A stretch of 64,000 nucleotides of DNA. It comes from Macrostomum lignano. Lineage: Eukaryota. Positions 22,444-37,400 of the stretch are shown piece after piece. Under the pieces are notes generated by a model. It did not search any database. It was not told the origin of the DNA and saw nothing but the letters and a program-made list of their open reading frames with translations. Position numbers and translations under genes: made by a program. The DNA is taken from assembly GCA_002269645.1 (NCBI GenBank), contig NIVC01000168.1:723297-787296 (forward strand), in the 5' to 3' direction. Each line of letters begins with the position of its first letter. Position 1 is the first letter of the stretch.

Positions 22444-25400
22444 ATGGTGCAGCCATTGTGCACCTTCGCTGGCCCCATTTGCTGGCTTCTGTCGGCATTC
22501 TTGGCTCTGTGCGTCAGCGCCCAGAATATTGGTATGCCTGTGATTGCATTTTATCTCTAAAAAATAACTGCTAAAAATGAAAGACCTACGGTGTCAATGG
22601 GATCCTTGAGATCAAACTTAGTGTCAGATTTATCCATATAAACTGACAACTAATCGTATCCTTCCCTATCTCTTCAATCATTCTATGTAACTTTTTGCGT
22701 GTGGTGGCCCCCAATTGGGCCGTTTTATTTTGTTCTAGTGTGTGCACAATCTATTTAGAGCGGTTCGTATATTAGTTGCACGATCGATATCTCAGGCCTC
22801 TACGAGGGCGAGGCGCACGAAGAGGCCCAGTTCTTTTAATTTCAAATATACGACGAGCTAGCCTGGATCTCGCCTCGGTTTATACTCTCCCTTCCGACTT
22901 TTACGACCGTTTAAGTAATTTGTATTACAGATTTAAACGCAGTTAACAGATAAGACCGTCTGTTGCTAAATTTAGCATTAAGTGTTAGCTCATTCTTAGT
23001 TAATTCTTCCCACTGGCAATTGAACACTTGGTGCTTTTAACTTTCTTCGCTAAATATTCTAAGCCTCTTAACGAAGTAAGAGCGCAATCACATTTGCTTT
23101 TCGCATCTATCCTAATTTTTGTCTGAGGTAGGATTCTTGACTTGTGCCGATCTGACATTTCTGGTACAGCCAAGGGTACATTGAGTGTGTAGCACTATGT
23201 TGTTATTAAAACTGCATGAAATGACGAAAGATGCTTAGCGGTAGTATTTAATAGATAAAGAATCCTTCAATCTTTGTTCAATCTCAGGGTGCAAAATTGT
23301 GTTAATGAAGGCAATCTCAAGAAGTCACGACCTCGTTGATTCTTTAGGTCCGGCTCAGCTCGACAAACTCAGCCAGTCGCCAGCCGGTCTCGGCCGCTAC
23401 ATGCCGGCAGCCTGGGCCATCCCCAAGTCCACAGTAGCGAACCAGGGCCAGAACTCCCTGATGCTGACTGCCACAGCCTCTGGGCCCTTCATCCAGGGTG
23501 CTTACCTGACAGAGATGCCCGTGTGGATCTACTTTCCATTCGACTTCAACGTCACCGGCTTTCTGGTCTATGGCAACATGTCTCGTTCGACTAGTCCGGC
23601 AGGACGGGTGACCAGCTTCAAGGCGGGCTACTCAACCACGAAGTCCTACCTGACCTCAGGCTCCACCGTGTACATCATGGGAGGATCCGGCTCGCCTGTG
23701 AGTAACATTTTCTAGTCGGTCGCTCGCGTCCGGCCCCGGGTCGACGGGCGCCACCATGATCGACGCCGTCTGGGGCAGCCTCGCCGACCTCGCGGCCCGG
23801 GGAACCTCGGTCCACCTGCAGTGGGTGCCTGGCCACGCGGGAATCCCAGGCAACGAGGCCGTGGACGAGATCGCCAAGCAAGGCACCACGCTGGCGCAAG
23901 GCACCGCGCCCGTACCGCTAGCTGCCGCGCAGGCTGCCGTCCGCCGCTACTGCCTCGCCCGCTGGCACCAGATCTACAACGCGGCGGCCACCGAGGCGGC
24001 GAGCACGAGCTCGCTTGCCTGGCACCTTGCCTGCACGGCGGGCCGCCTGCCGCCTCAGCCGACAAGCGACCTCACGCGGCGGCAGGAGCGGCTGATCTGC
24101 CAGCTGCGCGCCGACCGCTGCCCGGCCCTGCGGGGCTTCCAGGCCGCCATCGGCGTTGACGTGGCCCCCACCTGCCGCCTCTGTGGCGATGGAGAGGAGA
24201 CGGCGGCCCATCTGCTGATCTCCTGCCCCGCCCTGACATCACACCGCTGCCGCCTCTGGGGGCCAAGCCCGGAGCCCGCGGCAGTTTTCGAGAACTGCGT
24301 CGCGGTGTTGAACTTCCTCGGGAAGGCGGGCGCCATCTGACGCCCGGTGCCATGGGCCCTGGCCCGAGCACGCCCGAAGAAGAAGAAGAAGAAGCTAGGA
24401 ACTTACTTATGATTTATAATTTCTAACCCTCAGCCTTCCACTAATCATCACCTTCCTAAGACAAACATATTAGTGATTAGATTTTGAATAAATGAGTGAC
24501 ACATGTAGCTCTGTATAAATATATTCAGTAGTCGCAAGCAAGATTGAATAATAGATGATAAATCATCGCATTTTAATAACCCCCCCCACGCAACCCCTTC
24601 AAAATGTCCAAATCAACGGATTATGCGCCGTTCCCAGACTCGCAATTCTCGCCGATTCCCCGATTCTGGCCGATGAACCCCCGCATAACATAAGAGATAT
24701 ACAAAACGCTTTAAAGAGGAAGCAGACATTTCGAGTGGCCTGCCCTCACCATTTACAATGCCGTCATCAAGCACTTGTGGCTTTTTGTTTTGTAAGAGTA
24801 GTACAGTTGTCCAAAACTGCTACACACTGAACTTTTGAGAGGATCGATGAGAGGATCGACTGTAGGGGCGGAGCAGCTCCACGATCCCTGGTTGGGTTCC
24901 GTTCGCAGCTACAATAATTTAATTGGGGCTTGTGCACGAAAATTAGCCGGGGGTCGTCGTGCGATGCAAAACTATGAGAGCCGACCCCCAAGGCACAGAG
25001 TCGACATGCCAGATATACTAGACATACTAGACATACTAGACATACTAGACATACTAGACATACTAGACATACTAGACATACTAGACATACTAGACATACT
25101 AGACATACTAGACATACTAGGTAGCAGACACCATGTGCTAACATAAGCTAGCAAATATAGCTAAGCCAGTTGGCATATAATAGAGAACATCACTTGAGAA
25201 GTTTTTCTGCCATTTCAAGTCAGTTATTATGCTACAAAGGTTTTACATTTGCATGCTTTCTTTCAGAAAACCTTTTCTGTCTTCTACGCCGATGCCAGCA
25301 CTCCAAGTTTTGTGCCCTTGGAAGTGTCCATGGTAACCCAGCTGGCGCTCTTCGAAGTTGCGACATGCCAGACGGCCTGCGTCCTGCAGCTGGATTTGGT

Positions 25401-28400
25401 CGGGTATCCGAGTACTACAGGTAATGCTTTTGCTACCGGAAAGTTTGCTACAGCTTTTCAGAACAAAACTTAATGACTGCATCTAGAAATAATTTTTTTG
25501 TGATAAATCACTCACAGCCTGCCCCGGCATCCCGACTGCTGAGTACACTTCGTCGATTACCAAGACCGCCCAGGAGACGCTGGTGATGCTGAACTTCACA
25601 CGAATTTACTACCTGACCAGCTTCGTACTGCGAGGTCTTTCGGCTGAGCCAAACTTCTGGCTATCCTATCAGAAAGTGCTCGGAGAGCCAGCCGAGAACC
25701 TGACTCACGCTTGGAACTCCAGCCTCTATCTGGTATGTTTCTGCTGCATTTTCCTAAAGATTGGGGCTTCGAAAGATTTGATGGTGGGGTTGAATAAGCG
25801 CGCATCACATTAGCACGCATGTGTCTCTTTTTGCTAGTCGGTACAGAAGCGCGCACTGGCATAAGCGCGCAGGCAATTTTACGGGTGAAACAGAAGCGCA
25901 TGATGTACCGATAAACGCGGGACAGTGCAGGTCTGCGCTGCTCCCGACAGGCCGACCGGCACTGACCCCAGAACCTCGACAGCACTGGCGATCTCAACCT
26001 CAGGCAACAAAGGTGGGGCCAGAAACTTCAGCAGCCACTGTGTTACTCTCTGGTCCAAAGCACTGCGGCTGATGAACGGCTGAAGACCACTGCATGTCAG
26101 ACCACTGCATGTCAGACCACTGCTGACGACAGCCTGGCAGAAGTAAAACCAGCAGCCTCGGGCTTCGGCATAACCCTGCCAGCCAAAAAGTGGCAAACTC
26201 GACGCACTCTATTGTTAGAAGTCCCCAACCACCCAGCGCTAACTGCACTGACTTGATGGGAGAGCTGAAAAAAGCGGTTGCTTCTTATTCTAACTTTAAG
26301 CTGCAGTATTCAGATACGCGCTTGTGTCACTGACAGCTGTTTATAAATGCGCGCTTGTGTCACTGACAGCTGTTTATGAATGCGCGCTTGTGTCACTGAC
26401 AGCTGTTTATAAATGTGCGCTTGTGTCACTGACAGCTGTTTATGAATGCGCGCTTGTGTCACTGACAGCTGTTTATGAATGCGCGCTTGTGTCACTGACA
26501 GCTGTTTATAAATACGCGCTTGTGTCACTGACAGCTGTTTATAAATGCGAGCTTGTGTCACTGACAGCTGTTTATGAATGCGCGCTTGTGTCACTGACAG
26601 CTGTTTATAAATGTGCGCTTGTGTCACTGACAGCTGTTTATGAATGCGCGCTTGTGTCACTGACAGCTGTTTATGAATGCGCGCTTGTGTCACTGACAGC
26701 TGTTTATAAATGCGCGCTTGTGTCACTGACAGCTGTTTATAAATGCGAGCTTGTGTCACTGACAGCTGTTTATAAATGCGCGCTTGTGTCACTGACAGCT
26801 GTTTATGAATGCGCGCTTGTGTCACTGACAGCTGTTTATGAATGTGCGCTTGTGTCACTGACAGCTGTTTATAAATGCACGATTGTGTCACTGACAGCTG
26901 TTTATAAATGTGCGCTTGTGTCACTGACAGCTGTTCATAAATGCACGCTTGTGTCACTGACAGCTGTTTATGAATGCGCGCTTGTGTCACTGACAGCTGT
27001 TCATAAATGCACGCTTGTGTCACTGACAGCTGTTCATAAATGCGCGCCTATGTCAGGCGCTTAATAATGCGTCCCGGATTAGGTACATGTACCAATATAC
27101 ACAACTTCCCCTAAGAAATGCACTTCAGTTCAATGTTTCACATTGCAAATACGCACTTTGTTCCAGTTCCCCGTCACTTACGCGGACGAACGCTTTGTCG
27201 TGCCGTTTATTCTAACACCCGTGCAGCTACAGATCCACCTGTCTCCGACATCGGCCGTGACTGGAATTGACAGTCTGACTGGCTGCGCCATAGAGAGTAA
27301 GTTCAGAATTGACATGCCCTTTTTGCTGGGAGAGTACTGTTGAGCTTGCATCAATTATCTTTGCCTTCACGTTGCTAGTGAAACAATTTAACCCATGTAG
27401 CGTAATTAATCCGGTAGAATCCTCATCTCTAAACTATTCGTTGGAATTTTAGCCGGAAGCTGATGTCGGATAGGCTGATTGGTGGTGATTCCTGGGCCGG
27501 GGTCTTGCAGCCTAGTTGATGCTGCAAGCACTCACTCAAATCATGCATTGGCGCAGCTATGCAGCAGCAAGTGCTCTGCCAGCCGTCTATGGCACTGACT
27601 GGGGTCAGACCAGTTGCAGAGGTACTTAATTGCAAACGTATGAGTTGAGCCAAAGGTTCAAATTAAACCAGGGAAGATTCAGTCGCACGATTCATGCTGG
27701 CCTCACGCAGAATGGGACAGAAGGTTTAAAAAAGACGCAGTATATTTATTAAATGCGTAATCGCAGGATTAACAGTAGAACTACCAAAGGAAGGGGGAAT
27801 CCCCCCCTGCACCGGAACGGAACAACGCCGGCGCATGAAACTCCGGAACACAGGCTAACTTTTTGTACCGCACCTTCTCAAACAAGAATAAAGTCGCCAG
27901 CTTCCGGACCGTCGAGATATTCAACGATTTTGCCAGAAGGTCGGATTTTTCCCATTAGCGCTAACGTATTCATTACACCCAAACGCCCCAGTGCAGCCTT
28001 GCAAAGCATTCAAATTTCATCAGCACGTTGACCACATGTGTCTGCATCAGCTCTGACTTCGTTGTTCACTGGCCTTCACCCAGGCGGAGCATATGGACAT
28101 TCAACAGGTGGCACCAGGTTACTATGGACAACCCTGATGCGAATTTCTTAGTTTCACTGATCAAGCCTCGACAGTGGAAGACCTCAACTGCTGGACATAC
28201 TCAGCTAGTCTCTCAAGCATTCCCGTTATCACTCCGACGCCGTCGGAATCGTCAGAACCCCCCCCCCTCGGTAGTTCTACGGGCGGAAAAATGGCCTTGT
28301 ATTCCTTCCTATGGTCTGTGCCATAAGCGGCTGGCAGAGCACCTGCTGCTGCAGATCTGCACCAATGCATGATTAACCTCTACCCTCGCCTCCCTCTACC

Positions 28401-31400
28401 GTCCCAGAAGTGATGAACGGACCACACCTCGAAAGCAAGTAACTGATATGGACTGTAGAATCCACTGGTCATATGCTAGCCTACCTGCCAGAGTTTTTAA
28501 CTCAGCTACCTCACTGTACTCGTATCTGGAAGCAGTCGCAGAGGCCCCAGATTTTTCCACCAATTAATCCAAATTACTGTTGAGCTGTAGAGCAGAGCAA
28601 CCCGATGGTTTTGCATACTGTATCTCCTAGGATCTGACACTGTCTATCAGAACTGCACGATTGCACATCGCTAGACTAGTAAATAAGCAATCAGATCAAT
28701 ACACCTATTTTCAACTTGTTTTCAGCCTGCCCGCCTGGCTGGATGCGGGGACTGACAGGCTTTTGCTGGCACCGAGAGGAGTCAGAAGTCGCTTGGTCAG
28801 AAGCTGATCAGTTCTGTACGTCTGGCCTCGCTTGGGGAGGCTGGCGTGGTCGGCTGCTGCTTGGAAAGACGGTGGTGGAGAGAAACATTCTGATGAACGG
28901 GTGAGCAAACGGGTGAAGCTTCACCAGCTGATCGCCATCAAAAAAGGACAAATTTCGATCACACGACTCATACATCAACTTTCATTTCTTTGCACATCGG
29001 TCGTGTGATTTGGTGGCTCATTTGATGTCATCGTGTGAATCAACCGTAAAGGCTACACGCAGGAATTTTATGGACCACTTTACAGAGTGGTGAGAGAGCC
29101 AAGTACAAAAGCTTAGCCTGGGAGCGCGTACAAAGGGCTTAAGAGCCAGTCTGCAGCAAAATGGAAAAAGCAAACGCGTTAGATTGTCTGGGCGTAGATA
29201 GCGTTCGTATTGCAACATCACTCTTATAAAAATCAGCTTTATGATCAATATTTGATAAACTAATCATTTTTTTCAATATTCACACAAAAGCGCTACCATT
29301 GAGTCATCATTCGGAGTATACCACGTCGGACTTCGGCGCAATTCAACGACAAACAAGTGGCTCTGGAGCGATGGCACACAGCCGGAGGCGGGCACCTACT
29401 ACATGGCCAGGCCGCCGCCCGACTGCGCCGCCTTGGACAGCAGCAAAGCCGCAGTTGTCACCGTGCCTTGCACATCAAAGCTGCACTTCATCTGCCAGCT
29501 TGATATGTACATGGGTATGTGTTAATGAGGCCCAGGGTAATGCAGCTCGGTTTTTTAATGAACCAAGAAAAGGAGCAAATTCCGTACTATCGTTATCTCG
29601 CATCAAACTTCAGTGCTTTGCTTTAAGCTTCTTTCAAAACTCCGACACTCATATATCCAACACTTCATATCTCCGACACTTCATATCTCCGACACTTCAT
29701 ATCTCCGACACTTCATATCTCCGACACTTCATATCTCCGACACTTCATATCTCCGACACTTCATATCTCCGACACTTCATATCTCCGACACTTCATATCT
29801 CCGACACTTCATATCTCCGACACTTCATATCTCCGACACTTCATATCTCCGACACTTCATATCTCCGACACTCATATATCCAACACTTCATATCTCAGAC
29901 ACTCATATATCCAACACTTCATATCTCCGACACTTCATATCTCCGACACTTCATATCTCCGAAACTTCATATCTCCGACACTTCATATCTCCGACACTCA
30001 TATATCCAACACTTCATATCTCCGACACTCATATATCCAACACTTCATATCTCCGACACTCATATATCCAACACTTCATATCTCCGACACTTCATATCTC
30101 CGACACTTCATATCTCCGACACTTCATATCTCCGAAACTTCATATCTCCGAAACTTCATATCTCCGACACTTCATATCTCCGACACTTCATATCTCCGAC
30201 ACTTCATATCTCCGACACTTCATATCTCCGACACTTCATATCTCCGACACTTCATATCTCCGACACTTCATATCTCCGACACTTCATATCTCCGACACTT
30301 CATATCTCCGACACTTCATATCTCCGACACTCATATATCCAACACTTCATATCTCAGACACTCATATATCCAACACTTCATATCTCCGACACTTCATATC
30401 TCCGACACTTCATATCTCCGACACTTCATATCTGAAACACATCCTCTTAACAGCAAATAAAAAGTGTAAAGATATCGTGTTACACCATAAAAAATTAACG
30501 GGCTTTCAGATCACGTGACCGATACGCATGAAGTACTTATGGCCAAGCGCCACATTTGTGGAGTCGGGGTAGAGGATGACGTAATCACCCTAACTGGCTA
30601 CAGCAATCTGCTAAGGCTGCTCACACTGGACAGTTTAGTCACTGACCAGATTGAAACCACTACCAAGAATTCAGCGGCCTACTCGACCACGACTTCCACT
30701 GGTAGCTGCGAGTCGCTGTTGGACGTCTACTTCACTACCTACTACGTGTTCCCAATCCGGAAAGGTACGAAATTAGGGTATAACGACGTGTATACGTTTC
30801 AACATTTCTCTAGATACTCGTATGCACCGGTGTTTCTTGCGAGCCAAACTATTTAACAATGCAGGTTGCGCCCTGCCGCTGTTTAACCAGAAGGACAGCC
30901 AGCTTGAGGTCCGGTTCGATGCGTCCAGCAGCAACTATCGGAGGCACGCCAACTATTCTGTGGTGGGCGCTACCCTTGCCTATGAAGGTTAGAGATTTTT
31001 TTGTACTATGCTTTTCCATAAAGAATCATTGTCCTTAAAATTCAAATACGAGCGTACGTCGTTCAAGCAACTTTCATGCAGATTTTTGCTAAGAACAAAC
31101 TGATCTTTACAACCTTATAGAGTCACTTTCCCTAGTTAGAAATTTTAAACTTTTAAAACAAGGTGTTTTCTAGGATACCTGCAACATGGGTTGGGATACA
31201 TTACTTTCGAAAAAAATATGTCCCCTGTCTTACCCTGTCTTAGGGGGTGCAGGCGGCCCCACCGGCTAAGCCACACAAAACAGCGCAAAGAGCCAATCAA
31301 AACCCAGCACGGGGCAGGGCGCAGCCTACGTGTCACAACAGGGCCTGTCGCAGCCAACCAGAGCAGAGAACGAGGCAGGGTGCACGGCCGAGGGGCACAT

Positions 31401-34400
31401 CAAAGCCCAGCAGCCATGCATGCCAACTCCCCATCCAGCCAGACCCTAAGCTAAGTGAACCATGCCCTGACTGACCGACAAGAGCACAGAGACTACAATA
31501 ACTTTGGCAAATCTAGTAACTGTTCAAGCCAAATAGTCTATGACCTCAAGAAATCAAACTCCGTCAGTCCCAGAATCCATCCAAATGTGTGCTAGGATGT
31601 ACACATTAGCACACATTACTGTTTCTAACCCGAAGTTGGAAATTACCCGAACCTAAAGGAGATAACTAACCGATGGAATCGCTTCGAATCAGCTAAAAAT
31701 CTCTTGTATGCCCTCTTTTTCCTAATTGCAAATATACGATCGATACCGGATTGGTTCGTTACTGCATTGAATTAGTTGTAAGCAACCTGTTACATTCAAG
31801 ATCACCTGAAGTGCACCGTCACCGGTGATGATTACGAGTTTTACGACTACGGAGTAACGATGACCCAGTCCGGTCGAGCCTGTCAGGCCTGGACTGGAAC
31901 CTACGCTGCGTACAATCGCTCCTGCATCACAGGTGGGCCAATTGTCATGAATTAACAAATCGCTCAATTTTTTATACACTCCTACTTTTTCTTACTCGTG
32001 ATAGAATGCCTGCTGCTATTTCAGTTACCCTAATTATGCGACGAAATGCCAGGCTCAAGGCTCGGGAACAACGGAGTATTGCCAGCCGGATGTCGACAGT
32101 CTGCTGTGTGGTCAGTGATATTCAATATCCTATAATATATCATGGCCATGCATAAAAATAATTAATATAGTCACTCGTCAACAATTGCAGTTCCCAACTT
32201 TAAGCCACTTTCGGACTTATATGGAACTGCGGAGTTCTCCATCACGTCACAGAAGGTGTTTTACTACAACGATGTCCGCATACCCAGCCCCACATTCAGC
32301 TTGGAAAAGGTTACGCTGAACACAGGCCCTGTCGGCGTTGACAATCCTATTCACTATTGGAGGCTCATTGCGGATCTGAAGTCTAGTCACCAGATTCTGT
32401 CTGGGGAAATTTACTTCACTCTATGTGAGCGCTACTGGTGTAGCTCTTAATTTTCTTTTAATATGCTTGCCTTGTAGAGCTGTAGCCTAGTGGTTAGAGC
32501 GGCGGACAAACGACTTAAAGGTCGAGGGTGCGATTTCCGATCCCATTGGAACACTTTGTGTCCTTGATCAAGACACTTAACTCTACATTGCTTCAGTTCA
32601 CCCAGCTGTAAAATGGGTGCCACCATTAGCTGGGGTAATTGAGGGTCGACTGAAGCGACCCCTCAGTCCTTGGACTGAACAGCCGTACACAGCCTTCAGA
32701 TGCGCCGCGCAATAGCTGCGGCTGAGCTGCCGGTTGCACATCTGCCCATTAGGGTAGGTGTAATCAATTAAAAAAGTTTTAAAAACTCTGTGACAAGGCA
32801 CCATAGGAAGCTTTAATTTGATATTCAAATAGCATTACGAGCGAAATATAAGCCCGTATAAATATAAAAAGAGTAATTGCTCAGGAGAAAATTCTCAAAC
32901 TCAGAGTCGGAGCAATTGCTCAATCGTGAGAATATTCTCTGAGTCTGAGCAAGTGCTCATCGGGGGTATGAATAAAGAATAAACTCAAACTCTGAGAATA
33001 TTCTCCGTAGCTTGAGTAAATGATCAGAATGCTTTTGGCCACAGACAAAAATCGTTCATACGGCTTTTTGCCGTTAGTACGGCTTTTTACGGCTTCGTAG
33101 GGCTTCTTACTTACAACTGCTTTTTCTCTCGCTTCTCACTTTTGAGAGTTTACATGCGCTAAGCTTAAGTTCAGAAGCAAACATCTAGCATTTTCGTTCC
33201 TTACGGAGACTTCCAGTCGTACGACTTCTTTGGGCCACGATGGACGGAAATGACGCCGAAGACGGGTTGTTCGTAAAAGTTGTCTCTCGCTACCCGTCGT
33301 CCTCGACAAATTTAGTCTATGGTAGTAGTTTTATTCTTATTGACCTGAGTAATTGCTCAATCTCAGAGTATTTGCTCTGAAATCATAGCAAATTCTCTTG
33401 AGAAAAATCTCATGAGCATATGCTCATGAGCAATTTCTCAGTTTATTCATACAGGCCCGAGTCAATGCTTGAGTTGGAGCAGTTGCTCATTTTATTCATA
33501 TGGCCTATAATTTCACTGGTTTCAGCACTGAACAACTTCACTGTGAAAGTCAGCAGAGATTGGAACTCCAGCCTCGGCGAGCTCGCATTCGAGGCCTGGC
33601 CCCTCTGCTACATCTACAACCTGCCGGAGCAAGCTTCATCACCGCTGAAGTTCTGGTGCGAGAGGCCCATTGCTGGTCGCTACGTGGCCTTTCTGCAGGG
33701 TTTGGCGATAGGAAAGCTTTCCATCACTACCCTGCAACTGCATGCGGAGGAAGGTTAGTCGGCTAAATGTATACTAAAGTAATATTCAGCAAGTACTCAA
33801 ATACATAAGAGGGAACGGAAGCCTTAACGATCTTTAATATCTGTAACCTGCAGAAAATTTTGAAGAAACCGGGACATATCCGTATCTGATTCGTCGAGTG
33901 CCAGCCAAAATAATGAGCTCCGATTCTATACAGCGAAACAACACGCTGAAAATGTTTGCCCGCTTAAGGAATTCCGGACTGAAGCTGTGGCTGACCAATC
34001 GGTACGAGCATGCCGATGTCCTCAACTCTGTAAGTCCATGGTGAAATCATGATGTTAGTAAAGCAAATCCATCGACAACTTAATCACTCAGGACGGTAAA
34101 CTCGAAAATCATGGCGAAAAAAAATTAGAGGCTCGTTTGAAAGAATGTTCTATGGCCACGCCTCATATAATCGGCCGGATGCAGAAAGCTTAGTCCAGAC
34201 TAGCTAGTCCGGACTTGGGTAGTTCAGTCTATAGTCTATGGTCTAGCTACCCTAGTTCTGTCTACAGTAGACCGGTCTAACTTTGCGTTTCTGCATACCA
34301 AATCCAAGTCCAGACTAGCTTTTCAAGACCGGACTACCCTAGACAGAGCTTTCTGCATACGGCCCAAAGAGCCCTTTTGACTGAAAGCCTTACTAATGCC

Positions 34401-37400
34401 AGGGGTGTGGGGGGGCATATTCACTATGCACTGTGCAAATGTATATACAAAACGTGGCTCTTTCCTATACTGTTGGTCAAGTTTCTGATATTTGCTTTGT
34501 TTTCTTAATTTTTACTAATGTTTTAATTGTTAAAGCAATCACAGCGCAATTTAATAAAAAGTGTATTATATACTTACAGATTCTATAAGGCTTAGCCATA
34601 GAACAATGCTTTTAAACGAGCCTCTAACTTTTTTTTCGCCATGATTTTCGAGTTTACCGTCCTTAGGGATTAAGTTGTCCTTGCGCAAATCTACAATTAC
34701 AAACCCATAATCAGTAGACAGCATATGCAGGTAAATAGGAGACCCCTATTGGCTTCCGCTATCGCCCTTTTTTCAGCGAAACAATATTTTAGTATCCTTA
34801 CCATAAGCTGGCACTTTAGTTAGTTTTATTACCCAGAAGCGTAAATTGAAAGCAGGTACGAAGTAATAATATTCTTAAATCGAACTTATTCATACAGTTA
34901 TATATCGCTAGTTCAATTAGTTTAGGTCATGAAATTTCTGATTTTAAATCTGTCGCATGTGCTTCAACGGTATGAAAACATCCCATCCACTCGCAGCCTC
35001 GCTGGGAGATCTCAATCGGCGGCAACGGCACCGCCGCATTCCTCAGCGAGGCTGCGGTTCGCACTGGAGACTCATCCAGCCCGAGCACGCTGGCCTCCAT
35101 GATTCTGACGGGCGCCAGCGGCTCAGTCGCTGCCACCACCGACGACTATCAAAGCCTGCAGCTGGTCTGGACGCAGCTGGGAGTCGATGTCAGCATTGGT
35201 GGAGTTCTACTCGCCAACCTGACAGTTCCCAGCCCAACTAACGGGCTGCAGATCCAAACAGTAGGCTACACCACTCTGGGAGATGGATCAGACAGCACGA
35301 GGGCTCACGTAATGTTTGACATGCCCAGTAAGTTATTGAGATTTGTACTACACTGATATGAACTTGATGATGAAGATGCTGCATTCATTGTTTAAAAATT
35401 GTAGATGACAGACAAATTGGAATTTGGTCTCCAATGGTTTCACTGAACTTTCCTTCTGGGTGTGCTTCATATGACCAATACATTCAGGCAAGATGCTCTT
35501 TTCTAAATGCAGAATTAATTGTTTTCATTCCCCGTAAAGCTGTCTTTTCTAATTAATTTGTTATATCGAAACGAAATTTATACGTAGGTGTCATTTTTGA
35601 AGTCGGTCACAGCCTTTGTGCTGGCAACTCAGAGCGGAACTGACAGAGCGCTGGGCAATTTACAATACCCGAGATATTTAATATTGTCTCACTCAACTGA
35701 TGGCGAGTCTTTTGTTCCGTACCCTTTGGTAAGAAATACTAATGCTAGATGCTCAATTTGGTGTCATTCTTTTTTAATACTTTTTTTCGTGGGTTTACCA
35801 ATGATACAAATTGTTGGTCAACAGTTCTGTAATAACATGCTTGATTAATCACCCGCAGAAAATCATCGCGGCCAGAAAACTCCGCACAGACTCGTACACC
35901 TCTCTGCATGGCTTGTTCCCGGAACTGACTGGCAAAATGTTTCGCATGTACAGGGTTTCCTTTTACTACCGGTGGGAGTCGCGCTGGATGCTGTACGGCT
36001 GTCTGTCAAGTATGAGCTATCTACAACTATAACTAAATATAAATATTAAAAGTTACTCAAAAAGTGCGCAGTCAAATTTTTGCTTCTTCAGATCGAACAG
36101 CCTACAATCCGCCACCTGTGCTCATGTCCCGCTATTTACCTCTGGTCAGCAGCGACATTTCCTCCGCCAAGTATATCACTGACGCAAGTAGAAAACCTTT
36201 CGCATCAACTTGGAATGTCGAAAGCGCAGGACCTTGGATTGCTGTTGACTTTGTGTCGCTGAGATACATCGAATTTGCTCTGGTATTCGGCTACAACTTG
36301 CACCACTACAGTAAGCATTGCTTATCCTACAATTGGAGTTGTAGCCCAGTGGTCAGAGCGTCGGACTCACGACTTGAAGGTCGGGGTTCGATTCCCGATC
36401 CCACTGGAAAAATTCGTCTCCTTGAGCAAGACACTTAACTCTGCATTGCTTCAGTTCACCCAGCTGTAAAATGGGTGCCAGCATCAGCTGGGGTAATTGA
36501 GGGTGTGTGGCGACCCCCTAGTCCTTGGACTGAACAGCCGTACACATCCTTCAGATGCGCCACGCAATAGCTGCGGCTGAGCTGTCGGTTGCACATCTGG
36601 CCAAATTATAATTACGAATAACGAACGAATAACGGACCCATTCTGGAAATCTCTTGTGCAAATTTCATCCTAAATCTATTTGTCTTCTTTGTTTCAGACT
36701 TGGCCTCAAAGAGAAAAATGTCTACTTAGCCACATTCGCTACCAACAAGTCGGCCTATTCGGAAGCCGATTCAATTTTCGTCGCGCGGAACTTTTATGCC
36801 GTACTGAAGCAGCCGTGGCGGGTTAACGTTGGCATGGTGAGGGGCTCTTTTAGCTGCATAGCGGACTGAACAAACAATTATGCGATGCAGTATGCAGTTA
36901 AATCAGGATGTTTTACAAAGTAACTGAGTACGACTGCCTCATCAACCTGCTATATTTCTGCCCACTTAGGAGCGTCGCCACCGGGAGGGACAGCGTCAGG
37001 GTGACATGCCCCGCCCCCAGTAAAAACTATGGGTGGACATTGTCCTCCCTCCCCACCTGGAGTCCTGGAGAACGTTATGGAGATCAATAGTTTTGCTTCG
37101 GGGTGACAAAATACAGCGCCATGAATGCATGCGGCGCCAAAGTGATCGTGGCAAACAACAAAATCCCAAAGTAATGTAGAAATTTAGTCATGTAGAATTC
37201 TAGGCTTTGTCCCCCACCATAAAATCCATGGCGACGCCCCTGTGCCCTCCAGTCGCATTTTATTCAGTTCTAATAATTTGTTCTCGGACCACACTATGCA
37301 GTATTTACGACTCGTCACTTGACAGGATCGTGAAGACAATTTTTTACGATCCCACGGCTTGTGCATAATTTTTCCTCCCATTTTACATCAGTCGGATAAT

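Noticed and set aside
26310-30518. ORFs 26310..27023, 26324..27064, 29299..30435 and 29613..30518
   Set aside because: Minisatellite read-through. The real coding part near 29291-29514 is in a different frame.
36335-36410. Functional tRNA genes at 32477, 36335, 40036 and 61575-61650
   Set aside because: The cloverleaves are imperfect and each continues into a shared or structured SINE-type body.
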